Assembly (NCBI GenBank): GCA_036867785.1
Contig: CP145420.1
Location: forward strand, 1,240,001 to 1,260,905
Direction: 5' to 3'
DNA length: 20,905 bases
Origin: Plasmodiophora brassicae
Taxonomy: Eukaryota
Shown piece after piece: positions 1-11,338 of the stretch; within the stretch, counting starts at the first letter, position 1, and every line of letters starts with the position of its first letter. Made by a program: the position numbers and the translations under genes. Below the pieces are notes generated by a model. The model made no database searches and was not told the origin of the DNA. It saw only the letters and a program-made list of their open reading frames with translations.

Positions 1-1
1 G

Positions 2-2500
2 TGGATTCCCGTCGCGTTCTTTCGCAGCGAGATCTGTTCCGCCGGGCAGGAGAACATTGGCAGGTTTGCCGACGCCCTCAATCGAACGTTCTGCGCCGAG
101 TGCCGGCCGGGGCACTTCTCGGCAAACGGCAGCGCGTGTGTGCCGTGCCCCATGGGGACGTTCGCCGACGCACCCGGTATGTCGTCATGCCAGCCATGCC
201 CGTACCTGTCGACGACGCTGCATACGGGAAGCAGGTCGCTGTCCGACTGCCTGTGCACAGCGGGGTCCTACGAGCGCATACGGGCGAACACCCAACTGGT
301 CTGCATCGCCTGCGACCCGACCGGGTATGCGTCATCGATCGGGCAGCTCCAGTGCACGCCCTGCCAGTCGCACTCGACGACGAACACGACGGGAGCCACC
401 TCAGCGGGATCCTGTGCCTGTACGGAAGGGTACTACGAGGCGCAGGAAGGGCACTGCCAGGCCTGCCCAGGTGGAGCCCAATGTGCTGGCAGCGGCGCCA
501 TGCCATTGGCGAAGGTGCACCACCGTTATGCGCTTGCTGCAGCGACGACGACGTTAACGGCATGTGTGTGTGTGTGTGTGTGTGTGTGCAGGTCGGGTAC
601 TGGAGCAGCGCAGGCAACCCGCTGGAATTCTACCTGTGCTCGTCACCGGGTCGCTGCCCTGGCGGCTTGCAGCCTGGCACCTGCCCAGCCGGGTACGACG
701 ACGTGCTGTGCGCCGACTGTCAATCGGGCTGGTACACCAGCGGCCCCATCTGCAAGGAATGTCGCAGCTCGATCTGGCAGGTCACCCTGACGGCCGCCTT
801 CTTCCTGCTGATCGCCGTACCGTGCCTGATCATCTTCATTGTGAGTCCATACGCCTGCCCCAGACGTCCCAGGACCGTTCGTCGATGGGCCTGACCAATC
901 TACAATATGCACGCAGACGATCGATATGACGAAGAACAGGCAGAACGAGCATTCGTCGGTGAGCTGGACGGTGGCCGTCCGCCAGGCCGTCGAATTCTGC
1001 CAGCTCCTGTCGGTGGTGGGCGGACAGGTCATCCGCGACGTGACGTTCGCCGTCCCCAAGTATATTACGGCGGTCGGCAGCGTGTCGACGGTGTTCTCGT
1101 TGTCGCCCGGTCAGTTCGAGGTCGAGTGCCTGCTGAAAACGTCGTGGACCCTCTCGTACACTGTCCGGACCACTGTGCTGAACACGTTCGCTGCGCTGGT
1201 CATCACCGCCACCGTCCTCAAACAGTACTCGCCCAGGTTCTTGCCACTGCCACACGCCAACAAACTGCTGTCGGGGTCGTTGCGATTGCTCGACATCCTC
1301 TACATCTACGTACGTGTGTGTTTTCACAGCCAACCCTAGATTGACGATATGCTGCTTACAGTACTTGTCAACGTTGCTGGAGTTGTTCAAGTGCTATGAG
1401 CAACCAACCAGCCCCGGGTTGTACACGTCCGAGTACGATGCCAGGATCCGCTGCTACGCTCCCGGCCAATGGATGGCTCTGCTTCCAACGGCCATTGTTG
1501 GCCTCTTCCTGGCCACGATCGGTACGAGTACGGATGCGCCAGTGTCCACGCTTGGTCCTGACATGTACGTGCGTGCCTTGTACAGCGTATCCGCTCATGG
1601 TGGGCGCCATTATGTGGAGCGCCCCGTCGCAAACGTCCAACGACGATTTCTTCGAGGTCGGCCACGTTTGCACCGACCACACGAACTATACGTAATTGGC
1701 GACTGATCGTTGGTCGCTGTTCAACCTGCAGATCTTCGCCCACTACTTCCGCCCGTATCACAACAAGGTCCCACGACCTGCCTCCAACGACATGTGAAGG
1801 AGCTAACGCTTCGTGTTCCGTTTCGTAGATGTGGTTCTGGTACTGTCCGACATTGTTGCGCAAGCTGTTAGTATCGTTCCTGCTGTCCTCCATTGGGTCG
1901 GACGACTCGTCGACAACGGCCATTGGCGCGATGATTGTCTGCGCCCACCTGGCCGGCTCCGACCTGTGCCGGCCGTACTTCCACAACGTCAACAACCGCC
2001 TGGAAATGGTACTCGGCACGTCGCTGCTGTCTGTCCTTATCCTTTTGCTGGCCATGGAGTCGGTCCCGGCGAACCACCAGGCCAGCGTCAACCTGATTAC
2101 GGTGCTGATCCTGATCCTCCTGATCGGGTCGCTCTGTATCGCCCTGTGGACGATCCTGACCGAGTTGGCCCGAACACTGGACGCGAACAAGCACCCGATA
2201 CTGTGCACGGCCCTACGATGGTGCACGATGCGGCAGCACGTGACGCAACCGATGCTCGTCAATGCCGTCGTGGACCAGGCCGCGCGAGCTCACGACACGC
2301 ACCTCCTGTCTGAACCGCACGTTCGTCAGTGGATCGAGCTGGCCAGCGATGATGAAATCGTAGCCCTGAAAGACGCCATTGAATCACTATCAATCGCGTC
2401 CGGTGCCGACCCTGGGGCGACGGGCGAACCAGGTCCCACCCCGAAACCGCCATTATTGCCTGGCAATCGTATCCACAGACCGTCCTACGTGCGGTTCTAA
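2..2500 (+). CDS. Cys-rich (ephrin-receptor-like/GCC2-GCC3-type repeats) multi-pass membrane protein, 5'-partial, 7 exons visible
   Basis: Exons <2-514, 592-840, 917-1309, 1362-1521, 1586-1656, 1732-1767 and 1829-2500 join in frame across GT..AG introns of 52-77 nt. CxxCPxGxF repeats and PLAK|VGYW are followed by several hydrophobic helices and a FRPYHNK|MWFWY...LRKLL motif typical of these protist membrane proteins. TAA stop at 2498-2500. Confidence 0.88.
563..588 (+). repeat. (TG)13 microsatellite in intron 1, directly before the CAG acceptor
   Basis: Read directly from the sequence. Confidence 0.95.
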
Positions 2501-2649
2501 TACACGCAAACCAATAGTTCGATCATGCCTGCTGAAACGTGCGACTATCCGCTGCAGATTGGGTGCAGCAGACACGTACCCCAACCCCTCTACTGGACAG
2601 GGGCACTTGGGGGACTTGATACTTAACAGCAACATCCGAAATGCATTGA

Positions 2650-2920
2650 ACCAACACCTGCTGGACGCCTGCCGTCGCGTTCGGTACGTCTGGGTGAACG
2701 CCCTCCGCCTCCAGAACCGGTACGAGTCGTCGTCGTCTGATGATGCACAAGCGTCCAGACCCTCTAACACGCTGGGAGAGTCGCCTGCCGTCGTCTGTCC
2801 AGCATGAGCATGCCTAGGCGGGGCAGGACCAAGGCGCCTGCCTGCCCTGCAGGTCGTCCAGCAGAGCGGGGGCGCCTAGCGCGCGTTGCCGCCTGTCGAC
2901 ATGCAAACGCCTGCCTGCCG
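2650..2920 (+). repeat. Diverged direct duplicate, copy 1 (copy 2 at ~5023-5461); intron-bearing gene relic
   Basis: Both copies share ctgctggac...gtctgggtg...ggtacgagtcgtcgt...agaccctctaacacgctgg...ctgtccagc and gcgcctgcctgccctgcaRgtcgtccRgcagagcgggggcgcc. Confidence 0.8.
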
Positions 2921-2985
2921 TAGGCCCGGGAGAAGCTGACAGACCCATGGTCCCCTGACCCCTGAGTGACCTTACGCACACGGCA

Positions 2986-3051
2986 CACCCCGCGGCACGG
3001 CAAAAACAAGGCGCGCACCACGCGGCACGGCAGAAACAAGGTGCGCACCAC
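2986..3051 (+). repeat. 30-bp tandem repeat, ~2.2 copies
   Basis: cgcggcacggcaRaaacaaggYgcgcacca recurs at 2991 and 3021. Confidence 0.85.
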
Positions 3052-3199
3052 CCTCCGCAACATCACTGGACCTGGCGCGATAGACTTGAACAGGGATCGA
3101 TGGAGGACGACGATGCAGATGAAGGGCCATTTGCTACGTCGCCGGTAGGAGAGTCCATTGTGCGGGTGGAGCAGTCGTTAAGGGACGCGAACATGCTAC

Positions 3200-4699
3200 T
3201 AACCAGTGTATAGACTGGGTTGGGTGATCGGGGCCGCCTGCAAACAACCATGGGAACGAGGTGTACACCTGTCAGCACGGTCTACTCCCGGGGACTTTTT
3301 CATGGCTGTCAAGCGGATATCAGAGAACGGCGCGCAGAATGAGCTGGATGGTCGGCCTTGTTTAACATTGGCATGGGACACGTGAATGCACCAAAGGCAA
3401 CAAGGACTCGGATTGCCACAGGTGCCTCGTTGGGTTGGCATCGTACACGTACAGGGGTGTGACGCAACCATGCACGAAGAGTAGGCCAGGTAGCGCTCGG
3501 TGGAGAAAAGTGCCTCAGTGATGCACGTGCCGTGCCGAGGTTACGAAGCCGACCATCCAGTTGATCTCGCCGTTCTCATATATCCGCTTTACAGGCATGT
3601 CGATAGGTTCAGGCTGGCGCCCGGCCATGCGGTTTCGCTGTTCGCGTTCACATCGTGGGACAAGGCCAGGCGAAGATGGATCGCGCCTTCTGGAGTGCAA
3701 TGGAACGTGGATCGCCTGTCCTGGCGGGCATACGCGTTCGGCGAAGTGTCACCGTCGACCATTTAGGCGTACGTGACCCAGCTCCGCCACGACGACTGAT
3801 TGCATTGAACCGAAGGCGGTGCGGACGATATTGCCCTAGAAATAACGGGCGGACGCGGACGAAACTTTCACGCGGGCAAGCTGCGGCGATTCCTGATGAG
3901 CGCTGAGCACAGGTTTGGCAACTTCGCCATTGAAGGGAAGCCGAAACGATTCGCAGCCCTTGACGCTGCAGTGACACATATTGCTGTGTCACTGGCTACA
4001 ACCCGTGTCATATCGGGGACGCCCGCGTGAAAGTTTCGTCCGCGTCCGCCCGTTATTTCTAGGGCATCGTCCGCACCGCCTTCGGTTCAATGCAATCAGT
4101 CGTCGTGGCGGAGCTGGGTCACGTACGCCCAAATGGTCGACGGTGACACTTCGCCGAACGCGTGTGTCCGCCAGGACAGGCGATCCACGTTCCATTGCAC
4201 TCCAGAAGGCGCGATCCATCTTCGCCTGGCCTTGTCCCACGATGTGAACGCGAACAGCGAAACCGCATGGCCGGGCGCCAGCCTGAACCTATCGACATGC
4301 CTGTAAAGCGGATATATGAGAACGGCGGGATCAACTGGATGGTCGGCTTCGTAACTTCGGCATGGCACGTGCATCACTGAGGCACTTTTCTCCACCGAGC
4401 GCTACCTGGCCTACTCTTCGTGCATGGTTGCGTCACACCCCTGTACATGTACGTAGATGCCAACCCAACGAGGCACCTGTGGCAATCCGAGTCCTTGTTG
4501 CCTTTGGTGCATTCACGTGTGCCATGCCAATGTTAAACAAGGCCGACCATCCAGCTCATTCTGCGCGCCGTTCTCTGATATCCGCTTGACAGCCATGAAA
4601 AAGTCCCCGGGAGCTAGACCGTGCTGACAGGTGTACACCTCGTTCCCATGGTTGTTTGCAGGCGGTTCCGATCGCCCAACTCAGTCTATACACTGATTA
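3200..4699. repeat. Long near-perfect inverted repeat: arms 3200-3877 and 4021-4699, 143-bp spacer
   Basis: Manual arm alignment gives 13 substitutions and 3 small indels over ~680 bp. Mirrored ORFs appear in the track (3500..3766 + versus 4096..4395 -). Confidence 0.97.
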
Positions 4700-5022
4700 A
4701 GCATGCGCCGTCATTCGACGCCTCGTGCACGAAGTCACGATGTGCATACCGGATGGAGGGCAGTATACGCCGTAAAGGTGGACGCTGCGCAAACGTGAAG
4801 CAGGCGACGACCCCGTGGGGGACGCCGTCGGCGCGACCGACGACGCTACCGATCGCCAACGGCGCCCACAGCTGCATCGTCGTACACGGCCGCCCGACAT
4901 GCCGTTGTATTCGTCATCGCACGTCGCAAATCATCGACGTCCTGACGCGGCTGCCTACCCTGCCTGCACCCTCGCCGACGTCGCCGGGGATAAGCAGCAC
5001 GGCACAACGGACCCACGTCGAC

Positions 5023-5461
5023 CACAACGCGTCCTGCTGGACCCCTGCCAACGTGGCCGACCCGTCTGGGTGCACGTCCTGCACCTTCAGCACAGGTACG
5101 AGTCGTCGTGTGATGCACGGGCGCGCAGACCCTCTAACACGCTGGACAGGACACGCCTGCCGTCTTCTGTCCAGCCTGAGCACCTGCAGGGCAGTAGTCC
5201 TCGTGCCTAGGCGGGGCTGGTCCAGCGTCGCGCCTACCTGCTCCTCAGCTGAGGCGGCGCCCTGGCCGTCCGCCGATCCCTGTAATCGGTCGCGCGCACC
5301 CCCGCCCTGCACCATGCGTCGATGGCGGGCCGACCAACCAAGGGCGTCGCCGACCTCCCCGTCTGACTGGTGAGCGGCGCCTGCCTGCCCTGCAAGTCGT
5401 CCGGCAGAGCGGGGGCGCCCAACGCCCGTTGCCGTCGATCGACATGCGAACGCCTGCCTGC
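5023..5461 (+). repeat. Diverged direct duplicate, copy 2 (of ~2650-2920)
   Basis: Same blocks as copy 1, with extra internal sequence. Confidence 0.75.
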
Positions 5462-6140
5462 CGTCGACGACCCGCCGCCATCCCTGCCGGCATATATCGC
5501 CTCAGCCAGAACCGTTCAATACAAGCAGATGAGGTCGACACGCGCGTACGCCGACCCTGCAGGTCGTCCTGGCGTCAGACGGCATCGTTCGCTGAAATGG
5601 GGCGGCGCTCGACAGCGCCGACGTCGTCCCCGCGTGCGTGTCGACCATGGCAGATCAGGCCAGACGAGCGATGGCCTGTTTGCGCTGGCACATGTGCCAC
5701 CGTTCTTCTCGTGTCGCGAAGATGTGGCGCAACTTGGGCAGAGGTTTGCTGATTTCACTACCTACTCGTTTGGCGTGGCAGGTGAACCATGGATGGCGTC
5801 GCCTGGCGTCGCGTTGCCCAGCGCAAACGAAACTGGCAAGCGTCCAGAGCTTTGTGGCACGAAGACACGCCCTGTGGTCAGTTTGCTACAGCGTACAGCG
5901 GGATGGGTGTAATGATTAACCGGCATGACGTTGCAGAAACCCCCGCCGGCTGCGCCGATGACATTGAGCAAGGACATTGCTAACAAGCGCAGCATGCCGC
6001 GTGCACCGGTCGGTGATCATTGTACCCGTCTCGCCTGCTTTACTGACCGTCCATTCGCTGTAGGCACTGGACAAGAGGACGAGTAAAGTCGCTTCTGGAC
6101 TTGCGAACCGTCCTTTCAAGGCACCCAAACTGGTTCGAAA

Positions 6141-6325
6141 TTTGCGCTTCTTTCATCGGTTCGCGGTTGACGTCTTGGACGGGCCGGCTCGCATGTTGGC
6201 CAGGTGTACGAAGATGACGTCTAACACGCGCGCGCGTTGACCGCAGACACACGAACGTACACCTGGCGAACATGCGAGCCGGCCCGTCCAAGACGTCAAC
6301 CGCGAACCGGTGAAAGAAGCGCAAA
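6141..6325. repeat. Nested 70-bp inverted repeat (6141-6210 / 6256-6325)
   Basis: 68 of 70 positions are complementary, with a 45-bp spacer. Confidence 0.95.
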
Positions 6326-6418
6326 GTCGCTTCACAGGCGTGGTATACTGCGTAATTGTCATAGTCGGCGCTGACATCGACATTTAGGAGCGCGGTCGCT
6401 CGGTCGTTACTGCCAGCG

Positions 6419-6670
6419 GGTAACAACGATGCGGCAGGCGTCTGCCGTTCGATTTGCTACGCGATTGCACCGATGCAGATCTTCCGTGCATTGCCCGGCT
6501 GGGAACGTGTCTCCGGCCCCGCGCCCTGGATTGGCCTGTACAATAAGGTGATGAACCCTCGTCTGGGTGTGCAATTGGCGTCCGACATCCTGGTGGACCT
6601 CATCAAGGCCATCAGCAACGCTGACCTGGCGACGAGGTCGTTTGATCCCGGGCAACAGCACGATGTCGAA
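6419..6670 (+). pseudogene. Fragment resembling the N-terminal Cys box and QQD box of a ubiquitin-specific protease (C19), left copy
   Basis: GNNDAAGVCRSICYAIAPMQ...RSFDPGQQHDVE resembles the USP motifs GLxNxGNTCYxNSxLQ...FxGxxQQDAxE. No His box is seen. Confidence 0.5.
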
Positions 6671-6920
6671 CGATCTTGTCGCCCGGTCAGCGTCGCTCAC
6701 GACCCTGATGAGCTCAACCAGTATGTTGGACGCCACTTGCAGAACCAGACGTGGGCTCATGACCTGATTGTACAGGTCAACCCAGGGCGCGTGCCCGGAG
6801 ACACGTTCCCAGCCGGGCCAAGCACGCGCGATCTGGATCGATGCGATGGCGTAGCAAATGGAACGGCAAACGCCTGCCGCATCATTGTTCGATATGCCCG
6901 CTCGCTGGCAGTAACGACCC
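6665..6920 (-). pseudogene. USP-like Cys-box fragment, right copy
   Basis: GRYCQRAGISNNDAAGVCRSICYAIASIQ...RSFD, truncated at the palindrome centre. Confidence 0.48.
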
Positions 6921-7352
6921 AGCATCACGCTCCTAAATGTCCAGTTCAGCGTCGACGATGCCAATTGCACAATGCCCCGCACCTGTGCAGGACGCTGCGC
7001 TTCTTCGATCGGTTCGCGGTCGACGTCTTGTGCGGGTCGGCTCGCACGTTCGCCAGGAGTACGTTCGTGTGTCTGCGGTCAACGCGCGCGTGTTAGATGT
7101 CATCTTCGCCTCAGTACCGGCGCTGTCTGTTTTCGCACCAGTTTGGGCGCCTTGAAAGAGCGGTTCGCTGGTCCAGCAACAACTTCTTGCGCCTACAGCG
7201 GGCGGACGGTCAGTAACGCAGGCGAGACGGGTACAAGGAACGCCAACCGGTGCAGGCCGGCATGCTGCGCTTGTTAGCAGGGTCCTTGCTCAGAGTCATC
7301 GCCGGCGGAGGCCTCTGGAACGTCACGCCGGTGTAGGCCTACACCCAGCTCG

Positions 7353-8097
7353 TCGGTCGCCGACACAGGTCAGCACGCCGGTGGGGCCAGCGCCCGCGCG
7401 CGATACACAACGACCAGCCCATTTTTCCCGCCGTGCGACACCAAGTCGACCGGGCGACGGCCGACGGGCGACAGCCTCCGGGTCTGCGGGGCGCTTTTTG
7501 ACATCGGCGTGGACCTGCGCCGCCGACAGCGCCTTGTACCCCTTCGACAGCTCGACGACTGCATCGACTGCCGCGTACGGGACCAGCAGCTGGTCCGTTG
7601 TGCGGGGGTCGCTCAGGAATACGTACGAGCCCCAGTCGATCCTGGCGCGGACGCCCACCCCGCGTCCCTCGTATCGCGGGAAACGATGGCGCCGCGTTCG
7701 ATATCGAGCATTGCGCCGCCGGCCAAGACGACGACGTCGCTGACAACTGCGAGGATGGGACGGGGCAGATCGGACCCAGCGTACCCGAACTGATCAGCGT
7801 ACCTGATCCAAGGTCGTGATCCGCCACGAGGTCGAGTATTGTCCGGACAAGGCGACGTGCCTTGTGAAAGCACTCATCATGCTGGACATGGTTGGCACTC
7901 GTGCTGGACATCGTTGCCGGATGCGTCGCAGTGGCGAGTGCAGATTTCGCCATCGTGGATGCCGCCACAGCGCTGGCCAGGTCGATGGTGGTGCCAGGGC
8001 GATGACGCGGCAACATCCTCAGGGCTCCTGCAGCGCCGGACGAATCCTGACGAGCCCTAACGCGCCGCACCACTTTATCGTCTCTCTGCCTTACCAC
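7353..8097 (-). pseudogene. Frameshifted coding relic of unknown family
   Basis: Protein-like segments hop frames: HDECFHKARRLVRTILDLVAD / YADQFGYAGSDLPRPILAVVSDVVVL / GVRARIDWGSYVFLSDP. Confidence 0.35.
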
Positions 8098-8175
8098 AAT
8101 CCCGAATCATTACAGCCGCACGCGAGTCAATCGTGGTTTATACGCAGAAGAAGGTCCAGTTCATTCATTGTGCCA

Positions 8176-8800
8176 TCAACGACGTCCGATATTGTTGCAA
8201 CGTCGTCCGATGAACGCGGCGATGTCGTCGACGCGCTCGCGTACGTACACGTTGACATCGAGGCTGCATAACGGTAGACCGGGACCGCGACGGGTGCGAT
8301 CTACGATGAGCTCCAGTATGAGTACGAACGTCATGCCGGTTGGAGAGCCGCGTGCGTGCATTAGCTGGCAAAAGCCGTCCAATGATGGCAACATGAAACG
8401 CAGGGAGATAACCGTCTGCGACAGCATCTCCATCTGACCGTGTAGGCGCTGACGCCATTCATGATGAAAACTGGGGAGAGCAACAACGGCGTGCCGTGCA
8501 CAATGAACAACAGAAGTCGCAACCGTATGCAGGACCGTCCAGCCATCACGGGTGTTGTTCTGTGCAATAACCTCACTTAGAATGCCCAGGCGTTGCGCTT
8601 GCTCCATGACATTCTCCACAGCAGTAAGGTCCGTCATGGCGGCCCAGTGGATCGCCGGCAATCCAGCGCGCCCTTCGAGAAGGAATGTCTGAAGGGCATT
8701 GTCGCCGTCACGAGCGCTGATCTGGTTCAGCATTGGCCCGAGCGGCTGGGCGCCGATCCTGGCCGACAGGAGATCCGCATGATGAGGGTCCACAACGCGG
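8176..8800 (-). pseudogene. Degenerate ankyrin-repeat-like gene
   Basis: GLPAIHWAAM and DGWTVLHTVA lie in ORF 8176..8916, and DGYLPAFHVAII lies in another frame (8165..8458), implying a frameshift. Confidence 0.55.
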
Positions 8801-9420
8801 GAACGTGCTCTCAGATGTCCGATGATCACGTATTTCGAGGCAGGCAACGCCATGAACGTGGCTTTGGCTGGAAGGCTATCCGCGCAGGCCATCGTCGCGA
8901 TTTCGTATGCGGACATGGTCCCATTTGCGACCGACGTCGTTCAGTACAAGCAGACGAGGTCGCACGTACACCGATCTGCAGGCCGTCCTGGGGTCAGCTG
9001 GCGCCGAACGGCAGCGCTGTCTGCAATCGGTGCAGGGTGCGGCGCTCGAAGGCGCCGACTTCAGTGTGCCGGCCTGGGGAGACGGCGCGACGTAGAACTT
9101 CAACAACGAATACAAATGAAAGCCTATTGCGGATGAGTTCCACATTTCTACGACATGACCAGGCAAATGAACTCACCGATGTGGCAAGGTTTATTCCAGT
9201 CGCAGTACTGCGATATATCGGTAGAACAGCAGTCGGTAGACACGCTGGCTGAGCAAGCCGACGACGTGCACGTCGGAATACCGCTTAAGGTGTCTTGTGT
9301 CGCAGAAGGCCCAGCCCCACGCGCCCGCTTCAACCTAATGAGAGAGCACATTACGACAACTGTCAGGAGGAGCACCTCCCGAATGGCCGTGCAATTCCGG
9401 TCGGGATGTGGAGCACCGCT

Positions 9421-9790
9421 TCATCACGGTGCGCCAGATGAAAGAGACGGTCGAGCAGGGACAGGTGATGCTGATGCGGCAAGATCCGATGGAAATCGTC
9501 CAGCAGCCCGGTCCCGATGGTCAGTCAGTATGGCGCGCCGCAAGACAGCGGTGGTAGGTGCATGGCCGACAACGATGGTGAGTGGATACCTTGGCATAGC
9601 TGATTTCTCCTTTGAGCAGGATGTGGTCCTTCAGGCGGTCGTCCAAGTCGGGCCACCGCTGTCTCGCGGCGCGCCATACTGCCCACGTGCCCATCGGAAC
9701 CGGGCTGCTGGACGATTTCCATCGGATCTTGCCGCACCAGCATCTGCTGCCCTTGCTCGACCTTGACCTTTCTCTGGCGAACCGTCGTGA
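9421..9790. repeat. Diverged inverted repeat: arms ~9421-9554 and ~9653-9790
   Basis: atgctgatgcggcaagatccgatggaaatcgtccagcagcccgg (9468) is mirrored at ~9700-9743. Spacer ~98 bp. Confidence 0.93.
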
Positions 9791-9899
9791 CACCCAACTC
9801 GCTGTACGGGTATAGCAACTGACCACATGGTGGCGTGTCGTCGTGCCACAAAGCTTCGGACGCTTCGCACCGTGATGGCTTCGTTTGTTCTGTGGCACA

Positions 9900-11260
9900 C
9901 ATCCATCGTCAGGATACGTGTCTGCAAACAGTGTCCAACAACGTTAACCTGGCTGTCGCGCGAGGTCGCGATGCCGATCATGGCCGACTCCGCCCCGGCC
10001 ATGCGGTCGCGCAGCTGCTGGGCGTGCTGTACGCGCCCGTGCTTCATGACGGCGCCCAGCAGGCGGTTCGTCTTGTCCAGGTCGTCGTCCCCGGAGATGA
10101 CGCGCCCAGCGATGACGATGTCCCTCGTCTTCGGGCTGTCCGCAGGTCGCGACACGAACGACTCGGCCGCGTTCCACTGTATCTCGTGGCGTTCGGCGTA
10201 CGCCTGACAGTGGCCCGCCATCTCCTGGGCCGTCTCCTCGTCGATGGCGTGCAGCGTCGTGTCGTCCGCGTACAGCTGGCAGGGCATGGGCATGTCGTCG
10301 ATCAGCACGTTGCACAGATCGGGGCGAGCCGATCGCGCCCTGGAACAGCCCGACTTGGGCCGGGATGCGACGCGATCGCTCGCCGTCCATGCTGATAATG
10401 AAGTAGCAGTTGTCGAACAGGGCCTGAATGACGGCGATACTCGCGGGCGGCACTCCACGTCCGACCAGCATGTCATACACAAGGCGACGGCGCGCGGTGC
10501 CATAGGCCTTGTGCATGTCGAGCAGGATCTGGGTCAGCGGGCGTTCGCGTGGTCACAGTACGACGTCAGCTCGTCGGCGCACCAAATGGCCTCTGGCACG
10601 TCGATGCCGCGACGGAAGCCGAATTGCAGCGGGTGCATGTCCAGGTACCCGGCGCCGTGCATGTACGCGAACAGGGCACGACTCGAACGTCTTGCGTAGG
10701 TGCGCCTGCAATGTGACCCCCCTCCAGTGTGTCGCCATGGCCGGGGATCAGTGTTGGCCTTGTGGTGCGGGATGACGAATGCTGAGCGCCATGTTGAAGG
10801 GATCATCTCGACCGTGTACAGGCGCTCGGCCAATGACGGATACCCAGGGTGCCGCCGCATCCCCATCCGCCTTGAGTAGATCCATCGGCAGATTGTCCGG
10901 GCCGATCCCCTTCACCCAATCGTGCTTGGCGATGACAGCCGCCACCTTGGATTCCGCGAGCATGGCCCGCTCGTCATCGGACAGGTCGCATGGTCGCCGG
11001 ACCGGTCTATAGCGCGGGCCATCGCGGGCGCCCGGCTGGCGGAACACGTCGTCCCAGTGGTCGGCGAACTCGTCGATCGACGGGCGGGCAGACGGCTTCA
11101 GGGCGGCAGCCTGCGAGAAACGATGGGCCTTGGCACGGGCGCAGGAAGAACCTCAGGGGCGCCCGCTGCAGAGCGCTCCAGTTGGGCCGCAGCGACGACG
11201 CGCGCCCTCGGTTGGACTTCGACCCCGGGCAGACGGCGACCTCCTCGAGGGTGCCACGCA
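9900..11260 (-). mobile_element. Degenerate non-LTR (LINE-type) retrotransposon, reverse transcriptase region, multiple frameshifts, 5'-truncated
   Basis: Ordered motifs across frames: EFADHWDDVF, KGIGPDNLP, IPSTWRSAFVIPHHK, WRGVTLQAHLRKTFE, LQFGFRRG, LDMHKAY, GLFQGAIGSP, QLYADD, IQWNAAES. No endonuclease domain is seen. Ends are approximate. Confidence 0.88.
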
Positions 11261-11338
11261 GTCAGTACACATTCGATTTACGCACTCCGTGGCTGCACCC
11301 CAAATTTCGTCCTTTATTGTAACGCACCGCTCGAGCTG

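Larger units (their letters stand above)
5899..7352. repeat. Diverged long inverted repeat: arms ~5899-6646 and ~6665-7352, ~18-bp centre
   Basis: Example: gctaacaagcgcagcatgccg (~5979) mirrors cggcatgctgcgcttgttagc (~7258). ORFs 6473.. (+) and 6407..6982 (-) encode homologous peptides. Confidence 0.92.

Noticed and set aside
3500-3798. OB-fold or telomere-binding identity for the ORF remnant in the fold-back arms
   Set aside because: Only a vague beta-strand pattern with no diagnostic motif. It would need a structure search.
9900-11260. Telomere-maintaining retrotransposon (HeT-A/TART/Athena-like)
   Set aside because: The orientation is compatible, but it is a single decayed copy ~9 kb from a normal telomerase-type array with no adjoining telomeric repeats.
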